Shown: positions 51,700-61,347, numbered from the stretch's first letter. The stretch: 64,000 bases of DNA from Alphaproteobacteria bacterium (GCA_025210155.1 JAOASE010000002.1:2853-66852), one strand, 5' to 3'. Translations and numbers: made by a program. The notes: generated by a model from the letters alone, not told the origin.

Positions 51700-53064
51700 T
51701 TAGAAGCCTGTTATATCAGTACATTGACTTAGATAAACTTTAAGTTTTGAACTTTGTAAAGCTGTTCTTGAATCGATAGGAACTAATCTGTCACCAACTT
51801 GTTTTTGAACAGAACAGATATTCATTCCTGTGTTGTTAGAACTTATTACAAATATGTTTGTTTTTCCAGACATGTTATTTACGTGACTTACGAAGCTATC
51901 AATATTATTTTTGCTTACGGCAGACCCAAATACGTTTTGACTTATTTGAGCATCAATTGGATTGTTAGCATCTACATAAGTTGGGTTTTCAAGTATTATT
52001 GAAAGTCTGCTTGTTGCAACACCAATGTTAGTAGTATTGATATTGTATATAACTCCATTTATTAAAGCATCTAGTTTTGAGCCATCTGAGTCAGCTGGAG
52101 CTACTGCAGGAGCTGAAGGTTGAGCAGAAGTTCTACCTTTTATTTTGTTTATGCTACTGCCTATTGCGTTAATGATGTTTGCATCACTATTTGATAGACC
52201 AGCATTGGCATTATTAATTCCTTTTTGCATAGCATAAGCATCTCTTTGTTTTGTTAGAGAGTTTGTTTGGCTATCAGGTGAATATAAATTTATGTCAGTA
52301 ATTTCGAAATCATCTACACCACAAGCTGCCTTGGCTTTCATCATGTATGTAGAAAGTACCGCGTCTACTGTTTGTCTCCAGTTAGCTTCTTTCCCTGTGA
52401 ATTGACCTGTAGTGAAGTTGTCTACATATCCCATAATATTAGATGCGCCCATGTTTCCTGCTCTTTCGAAGTCTCTTCTAACTTCGCCAGAACAAGATCC
52501 TTTTGCTCCATCAAAATATGAACCTGATGAAGAAATTACTTTCATGTGGCAATCTTTAGCTTTGTTTAATAAATCTTTTGCTCTTTGGCATTCGTAAGAG
52601 CTTTCTTTAGCACTTTGTTCGATGTTATTTTTTATAGATAAAAATCTTTCGATAGCTTTTGATTTGTAAGCTGAACATTTTTGTCTGTAATGTTCTTCTT
52701 GATTTGCAGGAACTACATAGAATAGATTTGCATCCATGAATGTAGATAGGTCAGACATAGAAGAATCTGCGCAATCTTGATAAACGCCATTTGAAACATC
52801 TATATCGTCGTAACAAGCTTTATCTAATGCTTGAAGTAATACAGAGATACAATCCTCTTGAGAGTATTGAGCTAGGTAATAATTGTTATACTGTTGTCCA
52901 CCTACGGCCATGAAGCCACCGTTTCCATTACTTTTCATATAACCTATATGTTTTTGAGCATTTCTTTGGTTGGCGTACCTAGTATTTGTTACAAGAGAAA
53001 AGGCATCATTTGATACTAAAAATGAAGTTAAAAATATTGGTAATAGTGCTTTTTTAAGTTTCAT
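51700..53064 (-). CDS. secreted Cys-rich hypothetical protein (454 aa)
   Basis: Signal peptide MKLKKALLPIFLTSFLVSNDAFS and about 12 Cys. Its stop lies 1 nt from the prfB start. Confidence 0.4.
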   Translation of the reverse strand: MKLKKALLPIFLTSFLVSNDAFSLVTNTRYANQRNAQKHIGYMKSNGNGGFMAVGGQQYNNYYLAQYSQEDCISVLLQALDKACYDDIDVSNGVYQDCADSSMSDLSTFMDANLFYVVPANQEEHYRQKCSAYKSKAIERFLSIKNNIEQSAKESSYECQRAKDLLNKAKDCHMKVISSSGSYFDGAKGSCSGEVRRDFERAGNMGASNIMGYVDNFTTGQFTGKEANWRQTVDAVLSTYMMKAKAACGVDDFEITDINLYSPDSQTNSLTKQRDAYAMQKGINNANAGLSNSDANIINAIGSSINKIKGRTSAQPSAPAVAPADSDGSKLDALINGVIYNINTTNIGVATSRLSIILENPTYVDANNPIDAQISQNVFGSAVSKNNIDSFVSHVNNMSGKTNIFVISSNNTGMNICSVQKQVGDRLVPIDSRTALQSSKLKVYLSQCTDITGF

Positions 53065-53232
53065 AACCTATTTCTCCTAACTCAAGATATAGATAATTAT
53101 ATCAGAAAAAAAGCCTTCATGCAACTTTTTTTTAAACTCGCTATATAAGTGGTTTTTAATTTGTTTGGAATTATATTTTATGCTTGATTTTTATTTTTTA
53201 TTCTATATATTTCTTTGTATTAAAATACTTAT

Positions 53233-53317
53233 GGGATTGTGGCGGAACTGGTAGACGCGCTAGACTCAAAATCTGGTTTCTTCGGAAGTGGGGGTTCGAT
53301 TCCCCCCAATCCCACCA
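53233..53317 (+). tRNA. tRNA-Leu (anticodon CAA)
   Basis: Acceptor GGGATTG/CAATCCC, anticodon loop CTCAAAA, long variable arm, T-loop TTCGATT and an encoded CCA. A terminator follows at 53327-53350. Confidence 0.8.
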
Positions 53318-53326
53318 TTACTTTGC

Positions 53327-53350
53327 GGAGGTTTTGTACCTCTTTTTTTA
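53327..53350 (+). terminator. intrinsic terminator after tRNA-Leu
   Basis: GAGGT tttgt ACCTC followed by T7. Confidence 0.55.
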
Positions 53351-53351
53351 T

Positions 53352-53732
53352 TTAATGATTTCGTTTCCCGTCGAATACGCATACGAAGTATAGATCTTCT
53401 GTAGAAGAGGTGTTATATACTTTATGGAAAGCTCCATCTTCTATTTGAATTACGTCACCAGCTTTAACTTCAAAAATTTCTGTAGCATCTTCAGTTTGGG
53501 AAATTTCCATTTTCCCTTCACCTTTTATGAAGAAGTATATTTCTTCTTGTCCTTCATGTTTGTGTCCACTTGTATGTTTGTTAGGGTGAAGCGTTGTGCT
53601 GCTAAGGATTAAATTGTTTAGTAGTGGATTGTCTTGCACTATATATGTTTCGTTATTTTTTAATATGTTTCCCTTTATATCGTTAATATTCGTTTTGATA
53701 TTTTTAATAGGGCTGAATTTTTTCATTAACAT
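53352..53732 (-). CDS. cupin domain protein
   Basis: Motifs HKHEGQEEIYFFIKGEG and VPDGAFH-like (IEDGAFHKV). Confidence 0.5.
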   Translation of the reverse strand: MLMKKFSPIKNIKTNINDIKGNILKNNETYIVQDNPLLNNLILSSTTLHPNKHTSGHKHEGQEEIYFFIKGEGKMEISQTEDATEIFEVKAGDVIQIEDGAFHKVYNTSSTEDLYFVCVFDGKRNH

Positions 53733-53831
53733 TTCCTTTTCTTATTTTATATGTTTTATATTATCTTTTTTATGGGTTTTTGTAAATAGGGAAGTTTCAT
53801 TGATTTGTTTAGGAAAAAATGAAAAAAAAGC

Positions 53832-53859
53832 TTGCAAAATGGTTTTTTGTATGTAAAAT
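53832..53859 (+). promoter_or_regulatory. putative sigma70-type promoter for rpmH
   Basis: TTGCAA, a 16-nt spacer, then TAAAAT, about 70 nt upstream of the rpmH ATG. Confidence 0.3.
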
Positions 53860-53928
53860 GTCAGTACATTAATGATTAAGAAGTTTTAAAACGGGTGTTA
53901 AGCCGTTGCTTTATATGGAGATTTAACG

Positions 53929-54066
53929 ATGAAAAGAACATTTCAACCATCAAACTTAAAAAGAGCTAGAAGACATGGGTTTAGATCTAGAATGGCATCT
54001 GTAGGTGGTATTAGAGTTTTAAATGCTAGAAGAGCTAAAGGAAGAAAAAAACTAACAACTGTTTAG
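53929..54066 (+). CDS. rpmH: 50S ribosomal protein L34
   Basis: Translation [45 protein letters not shown], 45 aa, below the ORF-track size cutoff. A GGAG SD is present, and a terminator lies at 54094-54127. Confidence 0.85.
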   Translation: MKRTFQPSNLKRARRHGFRSRMASVGGIRVLNARRAKGRKKLTTV

Positions 54067-54093
54067 TATATTTTCTGAATACGAAATATAGGT

Positions 54094-54127
54094 CTCTACT
54101 TCAAGCTGAAGTAGAGATTTTTTTTTG
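54094..54127 (+). terminator. intrinsic terminator after rpmH
   Basis: TCTCTACTTCA agc TGAAGTAGAGA followed by T9. Confidence 0.65.
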
Positions 54128-54337
54128 AATTTTTAAGTCTTTTAAATATTATATTGCAAATTTAAGAATTAAATTTGTTCGGTTATGTACTATTATGTAC
54201 ACGCCCTCAAAATTTATTCTTGCTTTACAATCTACTAAATTAAAATACTTAAAAAAAAATTGTAACAGATCTATTATAACTTGTATTAAATGGAAAATAG
54301 GATTATACTTTTAGGGAATTTAAAAAGGGAAAATATT

Positions 54338-56197
54338 ATGTTTAAAAAATTGGGAAAGAATAAAAAGTTTAAACGTTTTGAGATAGTTGAAGAGGGTGAC
54401 TATCAAATAGATGAAAGATATATTAAGAGAAATAAGGATGGTGATGTTAAGTTAATACCATTCTTTTGGCAGTTTTTTAGAAATGGGAAATTTCTATTTA
54501 TTTTTGCTTTTACATTAATACAGTTAAGTAATCTTTTTTCATCAGCTATAATTCCTTTTTTGATAAAAGAAATCTTAAATATTATTGATGCTTCTCAAAA
54601 GGCTCAAGTTTTTAGCAATGTATCTTTATATATTTATACTTTTTTAGCTATTTTTTCTTTGACTTGGTTAATTCAATTTGTTGCTGATAATTATATAAAT
54701 AGAAGATTTTATAGTCAAAAAAGAAAAGAGTTAAGATTATCTTTGTTCAATTATTTGCAAAAACATTCTTATAAATATTATACGGAAAACCCATCTGGAA
54801 AATTAAATTCTAAGATAAATTCTGTTTTGAGAGTTTTTAATATTATAGAAAATATTAATTGGTTTTATTTATATATAATTATATCAGTTATCTTTAATGG
54901 AATAGTGTTTTTTAGTATAAATAAATATCTTGGAATACTTATGTTTACTACTATGGCATTAATGTCATTAGCATATTTTTTCTTTAAAAAGCCAATTAAG
55001 AAGATTTCTGAAAAGAGAGAAAAACAAGGGTCTAAAACAAGTGGTGTTTATATAGATTGTTTTACTAACTTCTTGAATATGAAATTATTTTCTAGTGTTA
55101 AAAAAGAGAATAGATTTTTAAAAGATAGTGAGGATAGATATACTACTACAACTTATAATACTTGGGGTATAAAATCTTTCTTTTCTTTGAGTGTCTATTT
55201 GATAAGAGAAGTTATCGCAGTTCCTTTAGTTATTTTGTTATCAGTTTATCTTTATTCTAAAGGACAAATTAAATTTGGTGATTTATCATATTGTATATTT
55301 ATGTTTTCTAGAATTGTAAATAACTTTAACATATTGTTGAGATACATTAGCCATGATTTAGATGCTGTGTCAGAGATTAGATCTGCGTTGAAAACTATTT
55401 TACAACCTATTGAGATAAAAGATAAAGAGGATGCTAAGAAGCTTTCTTGTAAAAAAGGTAAGATAGAATTTAATAATGTATACTTTTCTTATAATGGAAA
55501 AGATAGTGAAGTTCTTAGAGGTTTTAATCTTACTATTGAAGCAGGGCAGAAGGTTGGTATAGTAGGACATTCTGGAAGTGGTAAAACTACGTTTATGAAT
55601 TTGTTATTGAGATTTTATGAAAAGCAAAAAGGTCAAATTTTGATTGATGGACAAGAGATTGCTGATGTGACTCAAGATAGTTTGAGAAATGCTATTTCTG
55701 TGGTTCCTCAAGATGCAGTTTTGTTTAATAGATCTCTTAAAGAGAATATTGTTTATGCAAAACCAAGTGCTAAGAAGAATGAACTTGAAAAAGTTGCTAA
55801 GGATGCTCATGCATTGAAGTTTATAGAAGGAACTGAGAAAGGGTGGAATACTATTGTTGGTGAAAGAGGTATTAAACTTTCAGGTGGTCAAAAGCAAAGA
55901 GTTGCTATTGCTAGGGCTATGTTGAAAGATGCTCCTATTATCTTTTTGGATGAAGCTACTTCGGCATTGGATTCTGAAACAGAGGCTCATATTCAAGGAA
56001 GTTTTAATAAGTTGATGGAGAATAAAACTTCTATAGTTGTTGCTCATAGACTTTCTACTTTGAAGCATCTTGATAGAATTATTGTTCTTGATAAAGGTAA
56101 GATTGTTCAAGATGGAACTCATGCTCAGCTTATTAGGAAGAAGGGGATTTATAAAGAGTTGTGGGATAAGCAGGTTGGAGGCTTCGTATCTGAGTAG
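54338..56197 (+). CDS. ABC transporter permease/ATP-binding protein (MsbA-like exporter)
   Basis: Six-TM N-terminal domain, Walker A GHSGSGKTT, signature LSGGQKQR and Walker B IIFLDEATSALD. Confidence 0.75.
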   Translation: MFKKLGKNKKFKRFEIVEEGDYQIDERYIKRNKDGDVKLIPFFWQFFRNGKFLFIFAFTLIQLSNLFSSAIIPFLIKEILNIIDASQKAQVFSNVSLYIYTFLAIFSLTWLIQFVADNYINRRFYSQKRKELRLSLFNYLQKHSYKYYTENPSGKLNSKINSVLRVFNIIENINWFYLYIIISVIFNGIVFFSINKYLGILMFTTMALMSLAYFFFKKPIKKISEKREKQGSKTSGVYIDCFTNFLNMKLFSSVKKENRFLKDSEDRYTTTTYNTWGIKSFFSLSVYLIREVIAVPLVILLSVYLYSKGQIKFGDLSYCIFMFSRIVNNFNILLRYISHDLDAVSEIRSALKTILQPIEIKDKEDAKKLSCKKGKIEFNNVYFSYNGKDSEVLRGFNLTIEAGQKVGIVGHSGSGKTTFMNLLLRFYEKQKGQILIDGQEIADVTQDSLRNAISVVPQDAVLFNRSLKENIVYAKPSAKKNELEKVAKDAHALKFIEGTEKGWNTIVGERGIKLSGGQKQRVAIARAMLKDAPIIFLDEATSALDSETEAHIQGSFNKLMENKTSIVVAHRLSTLKHLDRIIVLDKGKIVQDGTHAQLIRKKGIYKELWDKQVGGFVSE

Positions 56198-56204
56198 ATT
56201 TTAA

Positions 56205-56300
56205 TATATGGGTTTCGTATATTTTACTTCATCTGCGTTATAAAAAGAACCCTCGCATATTACTTATACGCGTCGGAACCTTTTTATTTATCATCTAAAT
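56205..56300 (+). repeat. dispersed palindromic intergenic repeat
   Basis: TTTTACTTCATCTGCGTTATAAAAAGAACCCTCGC...ATACGCGTCGGAACCTTTTTATTTA, near-identical to 37320-37400. Confidence 0.6.
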
Positions 56301-56446
56301 CAAATGATAGATTTCGTGATGAAATTTTTATTAATTTAAAAATGTATTGAAATTTTAAAGCAATAAAATGCATAGTGGAAGAAGTTGTGTAAAATATAAA
56401 AAAGAGGTGAGTTGATCACCTCTTTATTTTTTGATTTATGCTTTTA

Positions 56447-57004
56447 TTAAACTGTCATTATGTCAGCTTCTTTTGTTTTAAGCATAGTATCTACTTCTTT
56501 GATATTTGTATCAGTTAAATCTTGAATTTGTTTTTCATAATCTTTTAGCATATCTTCAGAAATTTCTTTTGCTTTTTCTGCTTTTTTAATTTCGTCGATA
56601 CCTTCTCTACGAATGTTTCTGATAGCTATTCTTCCTTGCTCAGCATAGTTGTTTGCAACTTTAACTAATTCTTTTCTTCTTTCTTCATTTAGTGGAGGAA
56701 TAGGAATTCTAATTAAAGTTCCATCTGATGCAGGGTTAAGACCTAATTCAGATTCAATGATTGCTTTTTCTACTGCAGAGATGTTTGATCTATCCCATAC
56801 AGAAACAGAAATTGTTTGAGAATCTGGAACTGAAAGTGTTGCACATTGGTTTAGTGGCATTTCAGATCCGTATATGCTTACTTTAACGCTGTCTAATAGG
56901 TTAATTGAAGCTCTACCAGTTCTTAATCCACTGAATTCATTTCTTAAGTGTTCAATAGATTTTTTCATTTTTATCAATAAATTGCTCTTTAGCTGATCTA
57001 TCAT
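56447..57004 (-). CDS. frr: ribosome recycling factor
   Basis: 185 aa; LRTGRASINLLDSVKV and the C-terminal RRDANDxLK-like region (IRREGIDEIKK). Confidence 0.9.
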   Translation of the reverse strand: MIDQLKSNLLIKMKKSIEHLRNEFSGLRTGRASINLLDSVKVSIYGSEMPLNQCATLSVPDSQTISVSVWDRSNISAVEKAIIESELGLNPASDGTLIRIPIPPLNEERRKELVKVANNYAEQGRIAIRNIRREGIDEIKKAEKAKEISEDMLKDYEKQIQDLTDTNIKEVDTMLKTKEADIMTV

Positions 57005-57129
57005 TATATTCTCCGTAAATTATTTATAATTTTAATGTTGTTTATGTATTGTATTAATTTATGTATTAAATTGCAAGAGGGAATTAGGGTAAAAAATAAC
57101 CTCTTAATCCTGAGGTCATTTATAATTGT

Positions 57130-57528
57130 TTACCAAACTAATTGATATCCTTTTTGTAACATACATTTTTTATACTGAGACGGTCTCACAGTTCCATGTC
57201 TTGGAGGTGTTGAAACTGATATTCTTCCTCCGGCATCAACGTATTGTCTGTTTTCGAAAGTTGCCCAAATTCCATCCCAATCTGGCATAACGCTAGGCGT
57301 TAATGGACTTATGAATTTTTCCATTTGAGATGGGATAGTAAGTCTATTAATTCCAAGACATTTTTTATGATCAGCTACGAATTTCTTAAATGTAACGTAA
57401 TCGTTTTGCCAATGGAAAACAGTGGCTTGACCTATTTCGTCTTGGTACCTTGTTTTAGAAGGTGGAATTAAACATCCGCATAGTGCAAAGTTTAATAGAA
57501 TTATTAATGTAGTTTTTTTAATTCCCAT
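57130..57528 (-). CDS. putative lipoprotein (132 aa)
   Basis: Lipobox LCGC within the signal peptide. Confidence 0.35.
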   Translation of the reverse strand: MGIKKTTLIILLNFALCGCLIPPSKTRYQDEIGQATVFHWQNDYVTFKKFVADHKKCLGINRLTIPSQMEKFISPLTPSVMPDWDGIWATFENRQYVDAGGRISVSTPPRHGTVRPSQYKKCMLQKGYQLVW

Positions 57529-57590
57529 ATTTTCCTCTAAGAAGTTTCTTGAGATTTATTTTATCATAAAAAAGTTTTCTTTAAAAGAAT

Positions 57591-58208
57591 TTATTTTATG
57601 TATATAGAAGGGGTGATTCTTATTTCTATTCTATTGTTAGTTGCTCTTCCTTCTGGAGTAGTGTTAGGAGCAATCCATCTTGTTTCACCTAATCCATTAA
57701 TAAATAATCTTTGTCCTTCGATACCTCTTCTCATAAGATCTTTAGTAACTGCTTCAGCTCTTATGATTGAAATCTTTTGATTTGTATCTGCGTTTCCACT
57801 TGAGTCTGTGTGTCCAGTAACTTCAATTAGAGTTTCATCATAATCTTTAAGGATTTTTGTTAATTTATTTAGTGTTGTATCTTGGCTTGGATTTATTGCA
57901 AAATCAGATGAAAGAATTACGTGTTTTGGTATTATTAAAACAAGGTCTCTACCGGCTTGATTTATAACGAATTCAGAACTTTCTAAATCTTTAACAACTC
58001 TTTTAGATATAGAGTTACTGTAAGCATCTACTTTTTCAAATTGAATAGGTTGAATACCTATTTTTAAAAGTTCTTTGCTTTTAAGTGCTTTAGCATAACC
58101 AGTCATAGCTCCGTAAGATGGTTGTCCTGGAACTTCTGTAGATTTGTTCATTGTTGAACATGCGTTAAGCATAATTATTGAAAGAAATGTTAAGCTTATT
58201 TTTTTCAT
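57591..58208 (-). CDS. OmpA-family peptidoglycan-associated protein (Pal/OmpA C-terminal domain)
   Basis: TGHTDSSGNADTNQKISIIRAEAV and NRR.EI; N-terminal lipobox LNACS. Confidence 0.7.
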   Translation of the reverse strand: MKKISLTFLSIIMLNACSTMNKSTEVPGQPSYGAMTGYAKALKSKELLKIGIQPIQFEKVDAYSNSISKRVVKDLESSEFVINQAGRDLVLIIPKHVILSSDFAINPSQDTTLNKLTKILKDYDETLIEVTGHTDSSGNADTNQKISIIRAEAVTKDLMRRGIEGQRLFINGLGETRWIAPNTTPEGRATNNRIEIRITPSIYIK

Positions 58209-58229
58209 AAATCTATTCCTTTGTTTAAA

Positions 58230-58994
58230 TTAAAATCTGTATGATAAACCAACTCTAACAACTGGGAAAAAATCTTCAGGTAGATCTTCTTTGATGTTTT
58301 TTTCTTCTTGAGCTAATTGAGCATCTATTTCTGAAGAAAGGTCTACCGAACCTCCGTTGGCAGTTCCTGTTCCAGATAGCATTACATCGTTAGCATCTTT
58401 ATCAAGGAATATTATACCAGCATCAATTGTTAAACCTAGTCCCCAAAGTATTTCAGATTGGTATCCGATTCCTGCATAAGGACCTGTTAGGTCATAATCT
58501 ATTACTGAAGAAACTTCTGCACCTGGATCAAGGGTATATTCTGTTCCACCGATATTTATAGTTGGATCTACAAGATTGTCTACAGATGCAATTGCGTGCC
58601 CATCCATATCACCCCAGTAGTATCCACCAGAGATTCTGATGTTTCTTAAAATAGGAACTTCGTTGAAAAGGTAAAAGTCTATTAGAGCACCTTGAGTTTT
58701 AGTATCTATACCAACTTCTTTGAATTCTTCACCATCTATTTCGAAATCTTCGATAGTATCGTCAAATGTGTTGTAGTTAAATCTGAAACCTACGTGACGT
58801 CCTAGCATTGTTGTAGCATATTTATTTCTGTATCCGATTTCTCCAGTGTATCCTGTTGTACCAGCACCAATACCTAAAGTTATGTCAGAATTTCCGCTAA
58901 CTCTTTTTTTATTTTTTCTTATAACTGCTTCAGCATCGTTTGATGTCGTAGTAACAGATAGTGCTATTAAAGATAATAAAACTTTTGTTTTCAT
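58230..58994 (-). CDS. outer-membrane beta-barrel protein
   Basis: Signal peptide, alternating amphipathic strands and a C-terminal ...GLSYRF ending in Phe. Confidence 0.5.
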   Translation of the reverse strand: MKTKVLLSLIALSVTTTSNDAEAVIRKNKKRVSGNSDITLGIGAGTTGYTGEIGYRNKYATTMLGRHVGFRFNYNTFDDTIEDFEIDGEEFKEVGIDTKTQGALIDFYLFNEVPILRNIRISGGYYWGDMDGHAIASVDNLVDPTINIGGTEYTLDPGAEVSSVIDYDLTGPYAGIGYQSEILWGLGLTIDAGIIFLDKDANDVMLSGTGTANGGSVDLSSEIDAQLAQEEKNIKEDLPEDFFPVVRVGLSYRF

Positions 58995-59065
58995 AAATTT
59001 CCCCCGTCATGATTTTTTCATGAATTTATTTTATTGAGAAATTGTAAAAATATCAAGAGATTTAT

Positions 59066-59100
59066 TTTTAAAAAAGTAGTTCAAAGTTATGAACTACTTT
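59066..59100 (-). terminator. intrinsic terminator downstream of fba
   Basis: On the minus strand, AGTAGTTCA taacttt GAACTACT followed by T7. Confidence 0.55.
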
Positions 59101-59122
59101 AAGTTTTGTTTGTTTGTAAATA

Positions 59123-60115
59123 TTATTTACCAGAACCAAGAACGTTTATGTTTTTATGTTTATAAAGTTCTTTTAGAGCTTCTCTTGCATCGCCAAGGTA
59201 TTGTCTTGGGTCAAAATGAGAAGGTTGTTCAGCAAAGTGTTTTCTGATAGCTGCAGTCATAGCAATTCTACCATCTGAGTCGATATTGATTTTGCAAACA
59301 GCAGATTTAGCAGCTTTTCTAAGTTGCTCTTCTGGAATACCAATTGCATCTTTTAATTCTCCACCGAATTTGTTTACTGTAGCAACTTCGTCTTGTGGAA
59401 CAGAAGATGATCCGTGAAGTACGATAGGGAAACCAGGAAGTTTCTTTTCGATTTCTTCTAGGATGTCGAATTTAAGAGAAGGTGGTAAGTAAATACCATC
59501 AACTAATTCACATTGTTCTGGTTTGAATTTGTTAGCTCCGTGAGAAGTTCCGATTGAAATTGCAAGAGAGTCACAACCTGTTTTTTCTACGAATTCGATT
59601 ACTTCTTCTGGTTTAGTGTAGTGAGCTACTTCGTGAGATACTTCATCTTCAACTCCTGCAAGAACACCTAATTCACCTTCTACAGTTACATAGTTTTCTT
59701 GAGAGTGAGCATATTCTACTACTTTTTTAGTTAGTTCGATGTTTTCTTCGAATGGTAAGTGAGAACCGTCGATCATTACTGATGAGAAACCAGAGTCGAT
59801 ACAGTCTTTACATAGTTCGAATGAGTTACCATGATCTAGGTGAAGAGTGATAGGAATGTTATATCCTTTTTCTTTAGCATAGTCTACAGCTCCTCTTGCC
59901 ATACCTTTTAATAGAGATGGAGAAGTGTATTTTCTTGCACCGTTTGATACTTGTAAAATTACTGGAGAATTTGTTTCACCGCAAGCGTCTATGATTGCTT
60001 GAAGTTGTTCCATGTTGTTGAAGTTATATGCTGGAATTGCATATTTACCTTCCATAGCTTTAGCGAACATATCTTTAGTGTTTACTAAGCCTAATTCTTT
60101 ATATGATGTAGTCAT
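59123..60115 (-). CDS. fba: class II fructose-bisphosphate aldolase
   Basis: HLDHG zinc-binding motif in TLHLDHGNSF, with an N-terminus typical of class II FBA. Confidence 0.8.
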   Translation of the reverse strand: MTTSYKELGLVNTKDMFAKAMEGKYAIPAYNFNNMEQLQAIIDACGETNSPVILQVSNGARKYTSPSLLKGMARGAVDYAKEKGYNIPITLHLDHGNSFELCKDCIDSGFSSVMIDGSHLPFEENIELTKKVVEYAHSQENYVTVEGELGVLAGVEDEVSHEVAHYTKPEEVIEFVEKTGCDSLAISIGTSHGANKFKPEQCELVDGIYLPPSLKFDILEEIEKKLPGFPIVLHGSSSVPQDEVATVNKFGGELKDAIGIPEEQLRKAAKSAVCKINIDSDGRIAMTAAIRKHFAEQPSHFDPRQYLGDAREALKELYKHKNINVLGSGK

Positions 60116-60124
60116 TATATATCC

Positions 60125-60295
60125 TTTTTAATATTAAGGTTTTGGGGATTTAACTTCATCTGATCACAATAAATATTTTTAATCTTTGGCGATTGAGTAC
60201 TATATGTACACAATACCAAATCTAAAAAACATTTTTGCTTCCATTTAAAGCAAAATTACCAAAACTTTGTGTGGAAATATTTCCTTATTAAATTT
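60125..60295 (+). repeat. composite dispersed repeat carrying the GGGGATTTAACTTCATCTG module, the GCGATTGAGTACTATATGTACACAATACCAAATCT module and the CAAAATTACCAAAAC module
   Basis: The modules match copies at 37312, 32640 and 14940 respectively. Confidence 0.55.
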
Positions 60296-60492
60296 TTATT
60301 TGAATGTATTTTAATTTATTTCTTGTGGGAATACAAGAATAATTTTTTTTAACTTTTTTAGCTGTTTTTATATATAAACTTTAATAGATTTTTAAATTTT
60401 TTTTTAAATTATATATTTGATTATAAATCAATGAGTTTAAAATAAAAATAACCCTCCTTTTTATAGGAGGGTTTTTGATTAAGCACAATTTG

Positions 60493-61347
60493 TTATAAAA
60501 CAAAAGGCTTTGCATTTTTTACATGTTTATCCAGTGCTATTATTCCAGATAAGAAATCTTCTACTCTGTTTAAAGGGAATTGACATTCTTTGTCGCAAAG
60601 AGCTTTTTCTGGGTTTTCATGGATTTCCATAAATAATCCAGCAATTCTTTGAGAAACAGATGCTCTGCATAAAAGATCTATTATACTTCTATTTCCTCCG
60701 GTTGTGCTTCCAGAACCAGGCTTCTGAGCAGAGTGAGTTCCATCAAAGATTACAGGGCTATTTGTCGCTTTCAATTCTTCAAATGATCTCATGTCTACCA
60801 TTAAATCTTTCCCTCCAATAGTAGTTCCTCTTTCAATAAGCATAATGTTACTATTTTTAGAGTCTATACATTTTTTAACAGGGAATTCCATAGCTTCGGC
60901 AGCTAAAAATTGTCCTTTTTTTATACTTATTATTTTTCCGGTTTTTGCTGCAGCTACTAATAAATCTGTTTGTCTGCATAGGAATGCAGGTATCTGTAGA
61001 ATGTCTACATGAGGAGCAACAAGTTCAGCTTGGTGGGCTTCATGTATATCTGTAGTTACAGGGACATTTAATTCTTTTCTAATTTTATCAAATATCTCCA
61101 TAGACTCTTCAAATCCTATTCCTGTAAAAGATTCTATAGATGATCTATTCGCTTTATGAAAAGAGGATTTAAAAACATAGTTTATTCCTAGTCTTTGACT
61201 TATTTCTTTTAATGTTTTTGCAATCCGAAATGCCATCTCTTTATTTTCTATGACACAAGGTCCGGCGATAAAAAATAGAGGACTTTCATTAGAAACTTCA
61301 AAAGAGTTATTTCCATTTGGAGATTGGATAAAGATTTTATTGTTCAT
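60493..61347 (-). CDS. 3-deoxy-8-phosphooctulonate synthase paralog (divergent KdsA-like; a DAHP-synthase-I-beta-like function is not excluded)
   Basis: FIAGPCVIEN, FKSSFHKANRSS (His in place of the usual Asp), LQIPAFLCRQTDLL and FDGTH. Confidence 0.65.
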   Translation of the reverse strand: MNNKIFIQSPNGNNSFEVSNESPLFFIAGPCVIENKEMAFRIAKTLKEISQRLGINYVFKSSFHKANRSSIESFTGIGFEESMEIFDKIRKELNVPVTTDIHEAHQAELVAPHVDILQIPAFLCRQTDLLVAAAKTGKIISIKKGQFLAAEAMEFPVKKCIDSKNSNIMLIERGTTIGGKDLMVDMRSFEELKATNSPVIFDGTHSAQKPGSGSTTGGNRSIIDLLCRASVSQRIAGLFMEIHENPEKALCDKECQFPLNRVEDFLSGIIALDKHVKNAKPFVL

